Shown: positions 49,236 to 62,900 of the stretch, one piece after another | Layout of the letters: each line of letters begins with the position of its first letter | Position numbering within the stretch: position 1 is the first letter of the stretch | DNA from: Macrostomum lignano | Lineage: Eukaryota | DNA length: 64,000 bases | Reading direction: 5' to 3' | Assembly (NCBI GenBank): GCA_002269645.1 | Contig: NIVC01002957.1 | Coordinates: 1-64,000 of the forward strand | Position numbers and translations under genes: made by a program | The notes under the pieces: model-generated | Database searches by the model: none | What the model saw: the letters and a program-made list of their open reading frames with translations, nothing else | What the model was told of the DNA's origin: nothing

Positions 49236-49669
49236 CGGCACCGGCCGGCCATTCTTGGCGCCATTTTTTGTTATCATTTTAAAGTCCTTTTGAGCTTGTA
49301 AAAATAATGGACAGACAGCTTGTACCCAGCGATGCGGAGTTGCTCTAATGGCAACAGCTAATTGTTTAGCTATCTCTACTTATTAATAAATATATGCTAC
49401 CATTGAAGTCCCACTTGCCGCGGTGCATTGGGGAAAATACATAAATAATCTGTTATCCTCTGTAGGCTTCCTGAATTATGAACTCGTGTGTTGTGTGTGG
49501 CGGTGCACCGTAAATGACATCAATAATTTGGCACGACTTATTAATTCTATAAACAGAATGCCGAATGAAAACAGGATGCCCGGATATAGCCGAGATAAAT
49601 TGGGTCTTGGGGTGGCACTTAGTATAGCCTGGATTGGATCGCTGGGAGTGATTAAGGGAGTGAAATTCA

Positions 49670-50680
49670 CTCAGGTTGGTGAATATGGAGTGACTCAGGT
49701 TGGTGAATATGGAGTGACTCAGGTTGGTGAATATGGAGTGACTCAGGTTGGTGAATATGGAGTGACTCAGGTTGGTGAATATGGAGTGACTCAGGTTGGT
49801 GAATATGGAGTGACTCAGGTTGGTTAATATGGAGTGACACAGGTTGGTGAATATGGAGTGACACATTTTGGTGAATGAACTGACACATTTTGGTGAATGA
49901 ACTAACACAAATCGGTGAATGAATTGACACAGGTTGTTGAATGAATTGACACAGGTTGGTGAATGAACTTACACAGGTTGGTGAATGAATTGACACACGT
50001 TGGTGAATTAACTGACACAGGTTGGTGAATGAACTGACACAGGTTGGTAAATGAACTTACACAGGTTGGTGAATATTGAGTGACACAGGTTGGTGAATGA
50101 ATTGATACAGGTTGGTGAATGAATTGACACAGTTTGGTGAATGAACTTACACAGGTTAATGAATATTGAGTGACATAGGTTGGTGAATGAATTGACACAG
50201 GTTGGTGAATGAACTTACACAGATTGGTGAATGAACTGACACAGGTTGGTGAATGAACTTACACAGGTTGGTGAATATTGAGTGACACAGGTTGGTGAAT
50301 GAATTGATACAGGTTGGTGAATATTGAGTGACACAGGTTGGTGAATGAATTGACACAGGTTGGTGAATGAACTTACACAGGTTGGTGAATATTGAGTGAC
50401 ACAGGTTGGTGAATGAATTGACACAGGTTGGTGAATGAACTTACACAGGTTGGTGAATATTGAGTGACACAGGTTGGTGAATGAATTGACACAGGTTGGT
50501 GAATGAACTGACACGAATTAGTGAATGAACTGACACAAATCGGTGAATGAACTGACACAAATCGGTGAATGAACTGACACAAATCGGTGAATGAACTGAC
50601 ACGAATTGGTGAATGAACTGACACGAATTGGTGAATGAACTGACACAAATCGGTGAATGAATTGGCACATATTGGTGAAT
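49670..50680. repeat. 22-24-bp minisatellite (CAGGTTGGTGAAT core)
   Basis: Tandem units. Confidence 0.93.
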
Positions 50681-50955
50681 ATGAATTGAATCCTAATCGA
50701 AACTCACTGATCTCCGAATTTACATAGTCGGGTGTATTTTTGAATTTAAGAGGCCAACAGATCCTATCAATGTCAGCCGCCAAGAACCCAATTTTCCGAG
50801 AATCACTCGCGCAAAAATGACAACCAAATCAGCTCTGTGATGAAGCGAATGAATCGTCAATCCGGATGCAAAAATGAAACGAAACGATATTCGATACAAG
50901 ATGTGCGACAAATGAGCAGCCTGTGGAGTGTGCCGAGTGTACAGTACCCGTTGCC

Positions 50956-53900
50956 TCACTGGCAGTTGTCCGCCTGGCACCGCGGCTGGCCAACGAGGCT
51001 GTCGGAGAGGGCGCAGCTGCACCGCTGGCAGAGCGGCCGCTCCAGTCGGGTCTTCAGCCATGCGAAAATTCGGCGACTGATTTTCACGCTGTGGGACCGG
51101 CTCGCTGCGAATCTGTCAAGGTGCCACACCGTGCCGCTGGCTGCGGGTGGGCAGGTGCGGGAGGAGCAGCTGCTGTCATTTCCTCTGCGGCTCTGCCGCC
51201 CTCTGCCACCCTCTGCCACCCTCTGCCACCTTCTGCCACCCTCTGCCACCCTCTGCCACCCTCTGCCACCCTCTGCCACCCTCTGCCACCCTCTGCCACC
51301 CTCTGCCACCCTCTACCACCCCTGACCCTCTGCCACCCTCTGCCACCCTCTGCCACCCTCTGCCACCCTCTGCGACCTTCTGCCACCCTCTGCCACCCTC
51401 TGCCACCCTCTGCCACCCTCTGCCACCCTCTGCCACCCTTTGCCACCCTCTGCGACCTTCTGCCACCCTCTGCCACCCTCTGCCACCCTCTGCGACCCTC
51501 TGCCACCCTCTGCCACCCTCTGCCACCCTCTGCCACCCCTGACACTCTGCCACCCCTGACCCTCTGCCGCCCTCTGCCACCCCTGACCCTCTGCCACCCT
51601 CTGCTACCCTGACCCTCTGCCACCTCTGCCACTCTCTGCCACCCTGACCCTCTGCCACCTTCTGCCATCCTGACCCTCTGCCATCTCCTGACCCTCTGCC
51701 ACCCACCATCAATCCTCTATATGACTCTTCATCATCCACTCAATAAAACCTTCCCCAATCCCCTGTATGACTCAATCACCTCTCTTTCTCTCCTTTCTCT
51801 TCTTGCTTCTCTCCTCCCTCTCGCCATTTCTCAACACAGCTGGCCCAATTCTCCCCTCTTCCCCTTGCCTTTGTTATGCGAGTCCATCGCCAGTTCGGAG
51901 CTGCAGTCGCCGCTGGGGTTCAGCGCCGTCAGGCTTCCGATTGGCTCGGCCCGCCTGTCCGAGTAGAAAACCTCCCTCCGGTCGTAGCCAATCAGATTTT
52001 GCAGCCAATCATTGATGCGAGTCGGCCTTGGGATGCCTCGCTTGGTGAGAACGTGCAAGAAGATTTCGCTGCTAACTACTTTGAATGCTTTGTCGAATGA
52101 TCTGGCGTAGTCCCAGGATCGGGCAGTGCACCTGCGAGGTTGGAGAATACGAGTATGGGGTTCAAATAGGGTGGGGTGAGGGTAGAAATAGGGGTTGCTC
52201 TTTATATGGGCAGAAGTTGGGGTGGCTGTCTGTAAGGGTAGGAATTGAAGTTACTGTCTATGGGGGTAGGAATTGGGGTGGCTGTCTATGGGGGTAGGAA
52301 TTGGGGTGGCTGTCTATGGGGTAGGCAGGGTGGCTGTCTATGGTGAAGGAATCGGGGTGGCTGTCTATGGGGGTAGGAATTGGGTGGCTGACTATGGGGG
52401 TAGGAATTGGGTGGCTGACTATGGGGGTAGGAATTGGGGTGGCTGTCTATGGGGGTAGGAATTGGGTGGCTGACTATGGGGGTAGGAATTGGGGTGGCTG
52501 TCTATGGGGGTAGGAATTGGGTGGCTGACTATGGGGGTAGGAATTGGGGTGGCTGTCTATGGGGGTAGGAATTGGGTGGCTGACTATGGGGGTAGGAATT
52601 GGGTGGCTCACTATGGGGGTAGGAATTGGGTGGCTGACTATGGGGGTAGGAATTGGGGTGGCTGTCTATGGGGGTAGGAATTGGGGTGGTTTTTTATGGG
52701 AGTTTTAAGTAGGCGACGTGACTCACGTCTGACACGAGAAGAGGAAGATATGCTTCTGCGCCAGAGGCTCCCATGCGTACTGAGTCTGCAGCGCCGCTAG
52801 CGCTTTGAGTACGTCGAACTGGTGCACTGAGGTGCCGTTCAGTCGGACTTTCACTAGGCCGGCGTTAAGGTTGGCGAGGTTGCCAAACCGACGGCTGGTG
52901 TCGTGAATTGGATGCGCCGTCAGCACCGGCTCGCCTTGGCCGCCAAAATGAGCTAGGCCGAACTCCACGGACTTCAGGTCAGGATAGGACATGTTCAGCC
53001 GGTCTGGGAGGTTTAGTAGTTGGGTTCAGTTGAGAGTAGGTGAACAGGTAACAGGTGAGAGTAGAAAATGAGGTGGGTGGGTAACAGGTGAGAGTTGAAA
53101 ATGAGGTGGATGGGTAACAGGTGAGAGTAGAAAATGAGGAGGGTGGGTAGGAGCAGGTGAGAGTAGAAAATGAGGAGGGTGGGTAGGAGCAGGTGAGAGT
53201 AGAAAATGAGGTGGGTGGGTAGCAGGTGAGAGTAGAAAATGAGGAGGGTGGGTAGGAGCAGGTGAGAGTAGAAAATGAGGTGGGTGGGTAACAGGTGAGA
53301 GTAGAAAATGAGGAGGGTGGGTAGGAGCAGGTGAGAGTAGAAAATGAGGTGGGTGGATAGGATAGCAGGTGAGAGTAGAAAATGAGGTGGGTGGGTAGCA
53401 GGTGAGAGTAGAAAATGAGGAGGGTGGGTAGGAGCAGGTGAGAGTAGAAAATGAGGTGGGTGGGTAACAGGTGAGAGTAGAAAATGAGGTGGGTGGGTAA
53501 CAGGTGAGAGTAGAAAATGAGGAGGGTGGGTAGGAGCAGGTGAGAGTAGAAAATGAGGAGGGTGGGTAGCAGGTGAGAGTAGAAACGGAGTTCCAAATTC
53601 CAAATTTTTACTCCCTGATGTGTCCAGCAATTTAATTTCTGCTTTTGTCGGATTTCCATCCTCCAAATATTTGTACTTTCTATTACCTTGTACTTTTCAG
53701 TTAACCGTCTCCCTTTGTCTACCATGCCTTTCCCACAGACTATCGCAACCGTTCATTTACCACAGACAATTCGGCTGGCCTGTTCATTATTGTTAGTATA
53801 AATACAACTTCAACCCGCGGCTTAGGCCCTTCACTTCTTCTTTCCCCTCCTTCCTTTCTGCACCACTTATATCTCGTTCTATTAGTTTATTGTCTAATCG

Positions 53901-56900
53901 ACAATTTTGGTAGCAGAGCGTCATGGTCATCACACGATCGACAACTGACCAATCTGGCGACCATCAGCAGTCCCAGGACGACCACCTCTCAATCTCTACT
54001 GAAGCGACCACTGCCGCGGAGCAGCCACCCGTCGAAAGCAGCGACCCGCCGCCAGCCGCTTCATCCGCCACGACATCCGCTCCTCCCGCTGCTCCGTCCT
54101 CAGCTCCGATCCCTGCAACAGCTCCCACTGCCTCCGTCGACGTAAACGCCCTCATCGCCTCAATGACTGCGATGATGCAGCAGAACCAGCAGCTCATTTA
54201 ACAGCTCGCCGCCACCGTCCGTCCAGCCTCAACACCAACTGCTTCAACACCCGCACCAGATGCTCACGATCCGGCCGGGCTCGTCCGCTCCACCATTCAC
54301 AAGAACGTACATCTCCCGACCTTCGACGGTACGGACCCTGCTGCATTTCCGGGCTTCTGGGACGCCTTCGTCTACCGCGTTGACCGCTCCAGCCTCAACG
54401 ACGTCGACAAATTCGAGGCGCTTCGCGGTCTGCTCTCCGGCTCCGCTCTCAAGAAGCTCGGTGCCCTCAATGCCTACCAACCCAACGCCTACGCCGAGGC
54501 CTGCCGTGTCCTCCAGGCCAACTACACCGACACACAGGAGCAAAAGAACGCCTCCTTCCAGCGTCTCCTCGCCCTTCACTGCAACTCTGCCTCCGACATA
54601 GACGAGCTCGAGACCTACACCGACGCCCTTCGACTCGCTACCGGCCAGCTCCTCCGCCTTGGCGAGCCCGCCAGCACCATCGACGGCTACGTCTACGCCC
54701 TGTGGAGCCGCCTCCCGATCGAGTTGCAGAGCGAGATCCGCAACCTTCGTGCTGCCAACGGGCAGCCTCTCATGCCAACTATTACACAGCTCCAGTGCCA
54801 CCTCGATTACAAGCTGAAGACGCTCAGAGTCGCTTCCGCTACCCCTCCGGCTGCGACCTTCGCTTCCGCCATCCTTCTGGGCAACGCCAGTTCCCAGCCG
54901 CCACAAGTCCGCAGCACCGGCAATCGCTTATCGTCGGACGCCTATCAACCTGACCCCGCTCCTTGCGCCGACATTAAATCTCGCCCAGCCGCGAAGTTAA
55001 GTTCCACTGCCAGCCAAGAGCCCAAGAGTTCTTGTCCCTGCAGCGACGCCAGTCAGCCTATCAGCCCTAACGTACCCGCCCAAGCGCTTCGACCGACTCT
55101 CAAAGCCTGTCCGACACCCTTCGGGGCCATCCTCGACGACTCCCTCGATACCACAGCCTCTCGTCTCAACGGCTTCCTCGGCTCCTCGCAAGTGGTCATT
55201 GCGAACACTTTCCCTAACAACGATGGGCTCCACCTCGACCGACTTCTGGACAGCATGTCCAACCTCGAAGCTCTCGGCACGGCAAAGGATGCTGAACGGC
55301 CCGACGCCAGGAACGACAGACCCCAGGAACGCCTGCCCGACTCAATCATGCGCGATACCGACGGTCGAATCTCCGTCGACCTGCCATTCGAACCTGGAGC
55401 CGAGCTCCTACCTTCCAACTTTGGCCAGGCCTTCGGTAGTGCTCAAGCCACCCACCGCCGCCTCAGCCTTCCCGAGCGCGAGGCCTACTACGCCGAGTTC
55501 GAGAAGCGCAAGCAAAAAGGTGTCCTGGAACGAGTCAGCCCTGGCCAGCCAGCTGGCCCAGTCATCCAGACTCTGCCGCACTTCCCAGTCATAAAGGAGA
55601 GCTTCAACACGACGAAGATCCGCCCCGTCGTCGACGCTTCTGCCAAGACCTCGCTCGCTGGCGCTACACTCGACGACCTCCTAGAGCCTGGGCCCAACCT
55701 GCTGACCTCAATGCTTCAAGTCTTTCTAGTTCACCGCGCTCACCGGTTCAGCATCTCATCTGACCTCAAGGCCGCCTTCTACCAGATAGGTGTTCACGAG
55801 CCTCACCGCGACGCCCTCCGCATCATCCTTCCAAAGGATATCAACAAGCCGCTAGTACAAGGCAACTTCGAGCTCTGGCGCTTCACTCGCATCGTCATGG
55901 GCGCCTCTCCCAGCCCGTGGATTCTCCTGGCGGTCCTCCACAAGATCTGCTTGGACGCAATTAACTCTGGAGATTCCGACCTCACCCGACCCGAGCTCGA
56001 GCGCATCATCGGCGGCCTCTACGTCGACAACCTTGTCATCGGCGCTGACACCAAGGAAGATGATGCCCGTCCCGTCTGCCGGCTTGGCTTCCGGCCCGGA
56101 ATTATTGTTGCACCTGACTAAACATTTTACCGTTTCCACGAACTAAAATCAATGCGCAAATACTCGCTTTTAATCATTCTACTGATTTTACCATTCAAAA
56201 TCCCCTCTATCTTATCGTTACCTGTTGGCCCCCCGAGCCTGTCGGATTTCCATCCTCCAAATATTTGTACTTTCTATTACCTTGTACTTTTCAGTTAACC
56301 GTCTCCCTTTGTCTACCATGCCTTTCCCACAGACTATCGCAACCGTTCATTTACCACAGACAATTCGGCTGGCCTGTTCATTATTGTTAGTATAAATACA
56401 ACTTCAACCCGCGGCTTAGGCCCTTCACTTCTTCTTTCCCCTCCTTCCTTTCTGCACCACTAATCACATATTGTTAGTTGTTAGTTTATTGTCTATTCGA
56501 CAGCTTTAAAGAAAATCCAGTTACAAAACTCCTATTTAGTAAACTGGTGAAAACACAATTGAAGTTCATTTTTTGTTTTTCAAAGCCGTTCTAAATATTT
56601 TCTATTTTTACAGTTTCTGCTTTCTGCTGGTCTGTGTTTCTATGCCTATTAGAAAATTGGCACTACTAATATTTGGGATTGGAACGACAGCAATATTTCT
56701 TAAAGAACAAAAGCCAACCTAACTCGAGTGCCTTTGCACTGACTCTGCAATTATACAGTCTAATTCAAGTCTAATTTTAGCAATCAGTTTTGCAATTTTA
56801 GCAATCGCAATCTTCATGTAGCCAAGGGGTTCCTGAGCACATTTGGCTTTTTTCTTTTCATTTTTGCGGCTTTGCAGAAAAATATCTCACTACCGCTCTC

Positions 56901-59900
56901 CCTCCCCTAGCGATAAGATAGAGAGAGAGTATGAGAGTGGGTGTGAGAGAGGGTATGAGAAGGAAAATTTAAGAAAAGGCGGTATTGAGAGGGTGGAAGA
57001 CAATGAGAGAATGCAAGAGAAAGCACGAGAAAGGATGTGTAGAGTGTGTGAAGAGGGTGTGAGGAGGGTGCGTGAGAGAGTGTGAAAGAGAGGGTGAGAG
57101 AGAGTGTGAGAGAGAGTGAGAGAGGGGAGAGAGAGGGTGTGACAGAGGGTGTGAGAGAGAATGTGTGTGAGGGTATAAGAGAAGGTGTGAGAGAGAGGGT
57201 GTGAGAGATATGAGAGTGGTTGTAATAGGGGTGTGAGAGAGGGTGCGTGAGAGGGTATGAGTGTTGTATATTAGCAGAGAAGACACAGAGTATGCCCCAG
57301 CCCAATGTTTTGTTGTCTAAGGCACAACCTATTATTTTATAATAAAGTAGTTACAAGATGAATCCCAAGAGGAGTTTGTATCAACCAGAGCAAAACGATA
57401 GCTCGAACCGCTTAAGCGAACCATTGTCTTCTTACTTAAATGTAGCAGCTCCACGTCGGAGAAGAAGACATAACAATGGCGACGAGGATGGGATTGCCGA
57501 TTCATCGATAACATAGCCCAAGAATTCAATTCTGTTTAGGCGGAATTCACACTTTTTCCTATTCAAATGCACACCGTGAGCTAAAAGACGTTCTAATACA
57601 GCTTCCAACCTTTTGTCGTGGTCTTCCAAACAACTGCCGGATACAAGAATGTCGTCTATATAGACAACCACTTCCAAGCCTTGTAAAATTTTCTCCATCG
57701 CTTCTTGAAATTGCGCAGGGGCTGATGCCAGACCCATTGTTAGTCGCTCGTATTGGAACAAACCCAGATGTGTGTTAATTGTAGCGAACTTTTTGCACGA
57801 ATCCTCCAGTTCCAGTTGTAAAAACGCTTGCGAAATATCCAATTTCGAGAAGACTCTTCCACCATTAAGAGTTGCGAAAATTTCTTCCGGTTTCGGCAGA
57901 GCGTACTTGTCAATCTCCAATTGAGGATTAACGGTTCTCTTGAAATCAGCGCAAATCCTTACGGATTTTCCATCGCGCTTCAAAACTGGGACAATCGGAG
58001 ATGCAAAGTCTGATGCGCTCACTTTTTTTATTATGCCTTGAGCTTGCAAATTCGCCAGCTCCTCTTCAATGAGGCTTTTGATCGCAAATGGCACCGGTCG
58101 ACTCTTGCAAAACTTTGGAATGAAGTTTTCTTTCAACAGTATTCTGGCCTTTAGCCCTTTGATAGTGCCAAGGCTTTCAGCAAACACTTGATCATACTTC
58201 TTCATTAACCGCTCGATAGGTGGAACCAACGTTGTTGTTTTCACATGGGCAAACTTGCTCCAGTCAATTTTCAACGAAGAGAGCCAGTCCCGACCTAGAA
58301 GATTCACTCTGTCTCCCTTCACAACAAGCGCAGTTAGTTGATACTGTCTTTCCTGATAGTTAGTTACGATAACAGTAGCTTCGCCCAGAACTGGTATGAG
58401 ATGATCTGTGTAACTTGACAGTATAACATTAGATTTAGACCACCTTAAGCCAATTTTCTTGCCAGTATTTTCGTTTATAAGGGTCTTGTCTGCGCCAGTA
58501 TCCAGTTGGAAATTTACAAAATGCCCATTTATATTTAACTCGCACATATACGGTGCTGATCCACTAAAGCCAGCCATTCCTGTAGCAAACAGTCCTGATC
58601 ACGGAATGCTTGTCTCGACCACTGCAGTCCGAACCCTCACTTTCTGACTCACTGTCGAAATTCCGCGCGTAATGCACCTTACCGGACTTCCCACGTTTTG
58701 AAGAGTTGAATCGCTTCGACCTGCCACTTCCAGACTCTTTTGCCTTGTCCTTTGTACGGCATGCATCTTTAAGATGTCCTACTCGGCCGCATTTGCTGCA
58801 CGTTTTATTCCTATTCGGACAGCTCCTTGCCCAATGATCCTTCGCGTTACAGCGGAAACATCCATCTTGGGCGCGGCTCCTTTTCCCATGTTGCGCTGCA
58901 GTTGATTGCTTGTTAGTTTCCTTCGAGAAATTGACACGATGATCGACTCCTGTGGCGGACGTGGTAGTCACGACTCCTCGCTCTGCTGCTTCCATCGCAG
59001 TCGCTAGCGTTAGTGCACCCGACAGGGTCAGTGTCTCTTCTTATAGCAATCGCTGCTGGACGAGCCTGTTTCTGAGGCCAACGACGAACCCGTCTCTCAG
59101 TGCCTCCTCCAGGAACTTGTCAAAACCACACGTGGCTGCCAAACTCCGCAGACTTGCAACAAAGTCACTCACTGTTTCTCCTTCGTGTTGGATTCTGCTG
59201 TGGAAGTTGTACCGCTCGACGACAATCTTCGGCTTTGGGTTGAAGTGTTCCCTCAGCGTCTTCACTTGTTAATCGTACGCCACATCCTTTGGCTTCTTAG
59301 GCGATAGCAGGTTGCGCAGCAATTGATAACAGTCATTGCCTATCACTGTGATCAGGCTCGCTCGCTTTTGTGCCTCCTCGGTCACTTTATTCACGACGAG
59401 AAATTTTTCTAGCCGCTCTTCGTAGGCTTCCCATTGATCCGGTTTAGCCACGTTAAACTCGCCGATTTTTGTACTCGTCGCCATTGTTATGCCTTCTTCT
59501 CCAACGTGGAGCTGCTACATTTAAGTAAGAAGACAATGGTTCGCTTAAGCGGTTCGAGCTATCGTTTTGCTCTGGTTGATACAAACTCCTCTTGGGATTC
59601 ATCTTGGAACTACTTTATTATAAAATAATAGGTTGTGCCCTAGACAACAAAACATTGGGCTGGGGCATACTCTGTGTCTTCTCTGCTAATATACAACACT
59701 CATACCCTCTCACGCACCCTCCCTCACACCCCTATTACAACCACTCTCATATCTCTCACACCCTCTCTCTCACACCTTCTCTTATACCCTCACACACATT
59801 CTCTCTCACACCCTCTGTCACACCCTCTCTCTCCCCTCTCTCACTCTCTCTCACACTCTCTCTCACCCTCTCTTTCACACTCTCATCACGCACCCTCCTC

Positions 59901-62900
59901 GCACACACGCACCCATCCCTCGAAAGAGAAAGTTCAGGCAATTCATGAAGCTCCAACACCAACTAACGTGTCAGAGATTCGTTCCTTGATAGGGATGAGC
60001 AGCCATTATGGAAAGTTTATTCCAAACCTATCATCAATACTGGTACCTCTCAACAGACTGTTGCACAAAGACGCAGAGTTTCATTGGGGTGAGGCGTGTT
60101 CGGCAGCATTCGAGAAAGTGAAGGCAACTCTAACTTCTGAGCGTGTTCTGGCTCATTTTGATCCTAAGAAGCAGCTTGTGTTGCAAACGGACGCCTCCAA
60201 ATATGGAATCGGGTGTGTCATCTCACATTTGATGCCGAATGGCGAGGAAAGGCCTGTAGCGTTTGCTTCGAGAACTCTAACAAAACCTGAGATCAACTAC
60301 TCTCAACTAGAGAAAGAAGCGCTGGCCATCGTCTTCGGAGTTAAAAGATTTCACCAATATCTTTTTGGACATCATTTTATACTAGTGACTGACCATAAAC
60401 CCCTACTGACCATTTTTGGAGATAAGAAGGACATTCCGAGCATAGCAGCAAGCCGACTTCAGCGCTGGGCCGTGTTACTTTCTGCCCATCAGTATACCAT
60501 CAAATTCAGAAGAACAGAGGATCATTCGAATGCTGACGCACTTTCACGTCTCCCAGTGCCTGGTAATATCAGCAAGGTTGATCGTGTCTTGGAGGTCAGG
60601 CTAGAAATGCTACCAGTCAACGCAGAAACAATACGAACCGAGACACAGAAAGATTCACAGCTTCAGAGAGTTCTTCGATACTGTCAAAATGATTGGCCAG
60701 AAACCTGTGAGCAAGAGCTGGAACAGTTCTTCAGGAAGCGGAACGAGTTGTGCATTGAGCAAGGTGTGCTGTTTTGGGGAGTAAGAGTCATTATTCCAAG
60801 AAGCGTACAACAGGTTGTGTTAGAACTGCTTCATGATGTACATCCAGGAATTGTTGCAATGAAATCCATAGCTAGACTGCATGTATGGTTCCCAGGAATC
60901 GACAAGGCTATAGAAGCCCTAGTCCGTAGTTGTGAAGGCTGTCAGCTGCAAAGGAATTTGCCTGCACAAGCACCAGTTAAGCCTCTTGTCTGGCCAGAAA
61001 AGCCTTGGACTCGAATTCAACTGGACTACATGGGACCATTCCATGGATACTACTGGCTTGTCATAGTCGATGCAACTAGTAAATGGGTTGAGATCTTTCC
61101 CATGAAGCACGCAACTACCAACAGGACGATAGAATGTCTACGAGAAACGTTCGCACGATTTGGCATCCCACAGCAAGTGTTGAGTGACAATGGAAGCCAG
61201 TTCTGCTCAGCTGAGTTCCGTACTTTCCTAGAGCGGAATAACATCCGACAGATTTTGACAGCTGTTGGACATCCGCGTACCAACGGACTTAGTGAAAGAA
61301 TGGTGCAAACAGCAAAGTCTGCCATCAAAGCAGGAATTAAGACTCACAGTGATCCAATCTTGAGCATGCAGAACTTTCTGTTCCGCTACCGCAGTACACC
61401 TCATTCAACAACCGGTAGAACACCAGCAGAGATGATGTTATGCTACAGTCGCAGGACACGGTTGGATTTTCTCAAGCCGGATGCTTACTCAAGAGTGTTG
61501 AACAAGCAGACGGATGTCACTGAACGACAAATAGAGAGAGAATCAACTATTCGAGAATTTCAAGAAGGAGACTCAGTTCTGACGTTGGACTTCAGAAGGG
61601 AGCGAGAAAACAGGTGGATCTCTGCCAAGGTGATCGCCCGCACAGGACCGCTGTCCTATAGACTGTTGGTCAACGGACAAGTCTGGAAGCGACACATCGA
61701 CCAAATTGTCAGTGCAGAATTACCTGGACAGAACAAGCCGGAGGCTCATCACCCACCGCCTATTCTGAAGGATCCTAGGAGAGTTCAGAGTGACAAAACT
61801 ACCACCGAGAAAGAGCGGCGAGAGAGTGAATCAACTCAACCGGTCCAAGACGTGCCAAGCCGAGGAGAATCTCAGACAGCGGACACAGACCAAGATGACG
61901 CTGACCCTGGAGCAGAAGGCGTGGGCACAAGGATACTGAGGGATCGAAGCAAATTGAGAAAAACGGATTGGTTGCAATACAGTGAATAATTCCGGATAAC
62001 TGACAATGCAACTTTTTATTGACAAAAGGGGGAATGTTGTATATTAGCAGAGAAGACACAGAGTATGCCCCCAGCCCAATGTTTTGTTGTCTAGGGCACA
62101 ACCTATTATTTTATAATAAAGTAGTTACGAGATGAATCCCAAGAGGAGTTTGTATCAACCAGAGCAAAACGATAGCTCGAACCGCTTAAGCGAACCATTG
62201 TCTTCTTACTTAAATGTAGCAGCTCCACGTCGGAGAAGAAGACATAACAATGAGAGAGGGTGTGAAAAAGGGTGTGAGAGAGGGAGTGAAAGAGGATTTG
62301 AAAAAAAGTGTGAAACAGGGTATTAGAGAAGATGTGAGAGGGTATGTGAGAGGGTGTGTGAGAGGGTGTGTGAGAGGTTGTGTGAAAGGTTGTGTGAGAG
62401 GGTGTGTGAGAGGGTGTGTGAGAGGGTGTGTGAGAGGTTGTGTGAGAGGTTGTGTGAGAGGGTGTGTGAGAGGGTGTGTGAGAGGGTGTGTGAGAGGTTG
62501 TGTGAGAGGTTGTGTGAGAGGGTGTGTCAGAGGGTGTGTGAGAGGGTGTGTGAGAGGGTGTGTGAGAGGGTGTGTGAAAGGTTGTGTGAGAGGGTGTGTG
62601 AGAGGGTGTGTGAGAGGGTGTGTGAGAGAGTGTGTGAGAGGGTGTGTGAGAGGGTGTGTGAGAGGGTGTGTGAGAGGGTATGAGAGGTGTGAGAGAGAGT
62701 GTCCGGGAGTTCGGAAGCCGCTGGAATCCCCGGCCGCGAACCCCCGGCTCACCGATGAGCTTGGCCAGGTAGCTGATGTAGGAGCCCCTCAGGCCGATGG
62801 CGCTGGCCACGCAGTCCGAGTTCTCCAGCAGGAAGACGGCCTGCAGGCGCTTGCGCAGCACCCGCGGCTCGCTGATCAGGTCGTCCTTGACGATGGTCGT

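Larger units (their letters stand above)
57262..62249 (+). mobile_element. Gypsy (Mag-like) LTR retrotransposon with internal inversion and three LTRs
   Basis: LTRs 57262-57475 (+), 59485-59698 (-), 62035-62249 (+); TSD ATGAG; PPT AAAAGGGGGAA before the last LTR. Confidence 0.93.

Noticed and set aside
49423-53725. Repeat-rich ORFs such as VTQVGEYG, SATLCHPLPP, GGRNWVADY and HLIFYSHLL
   Set aside because: All derive from minisatellites in introns or intergenic DNA.
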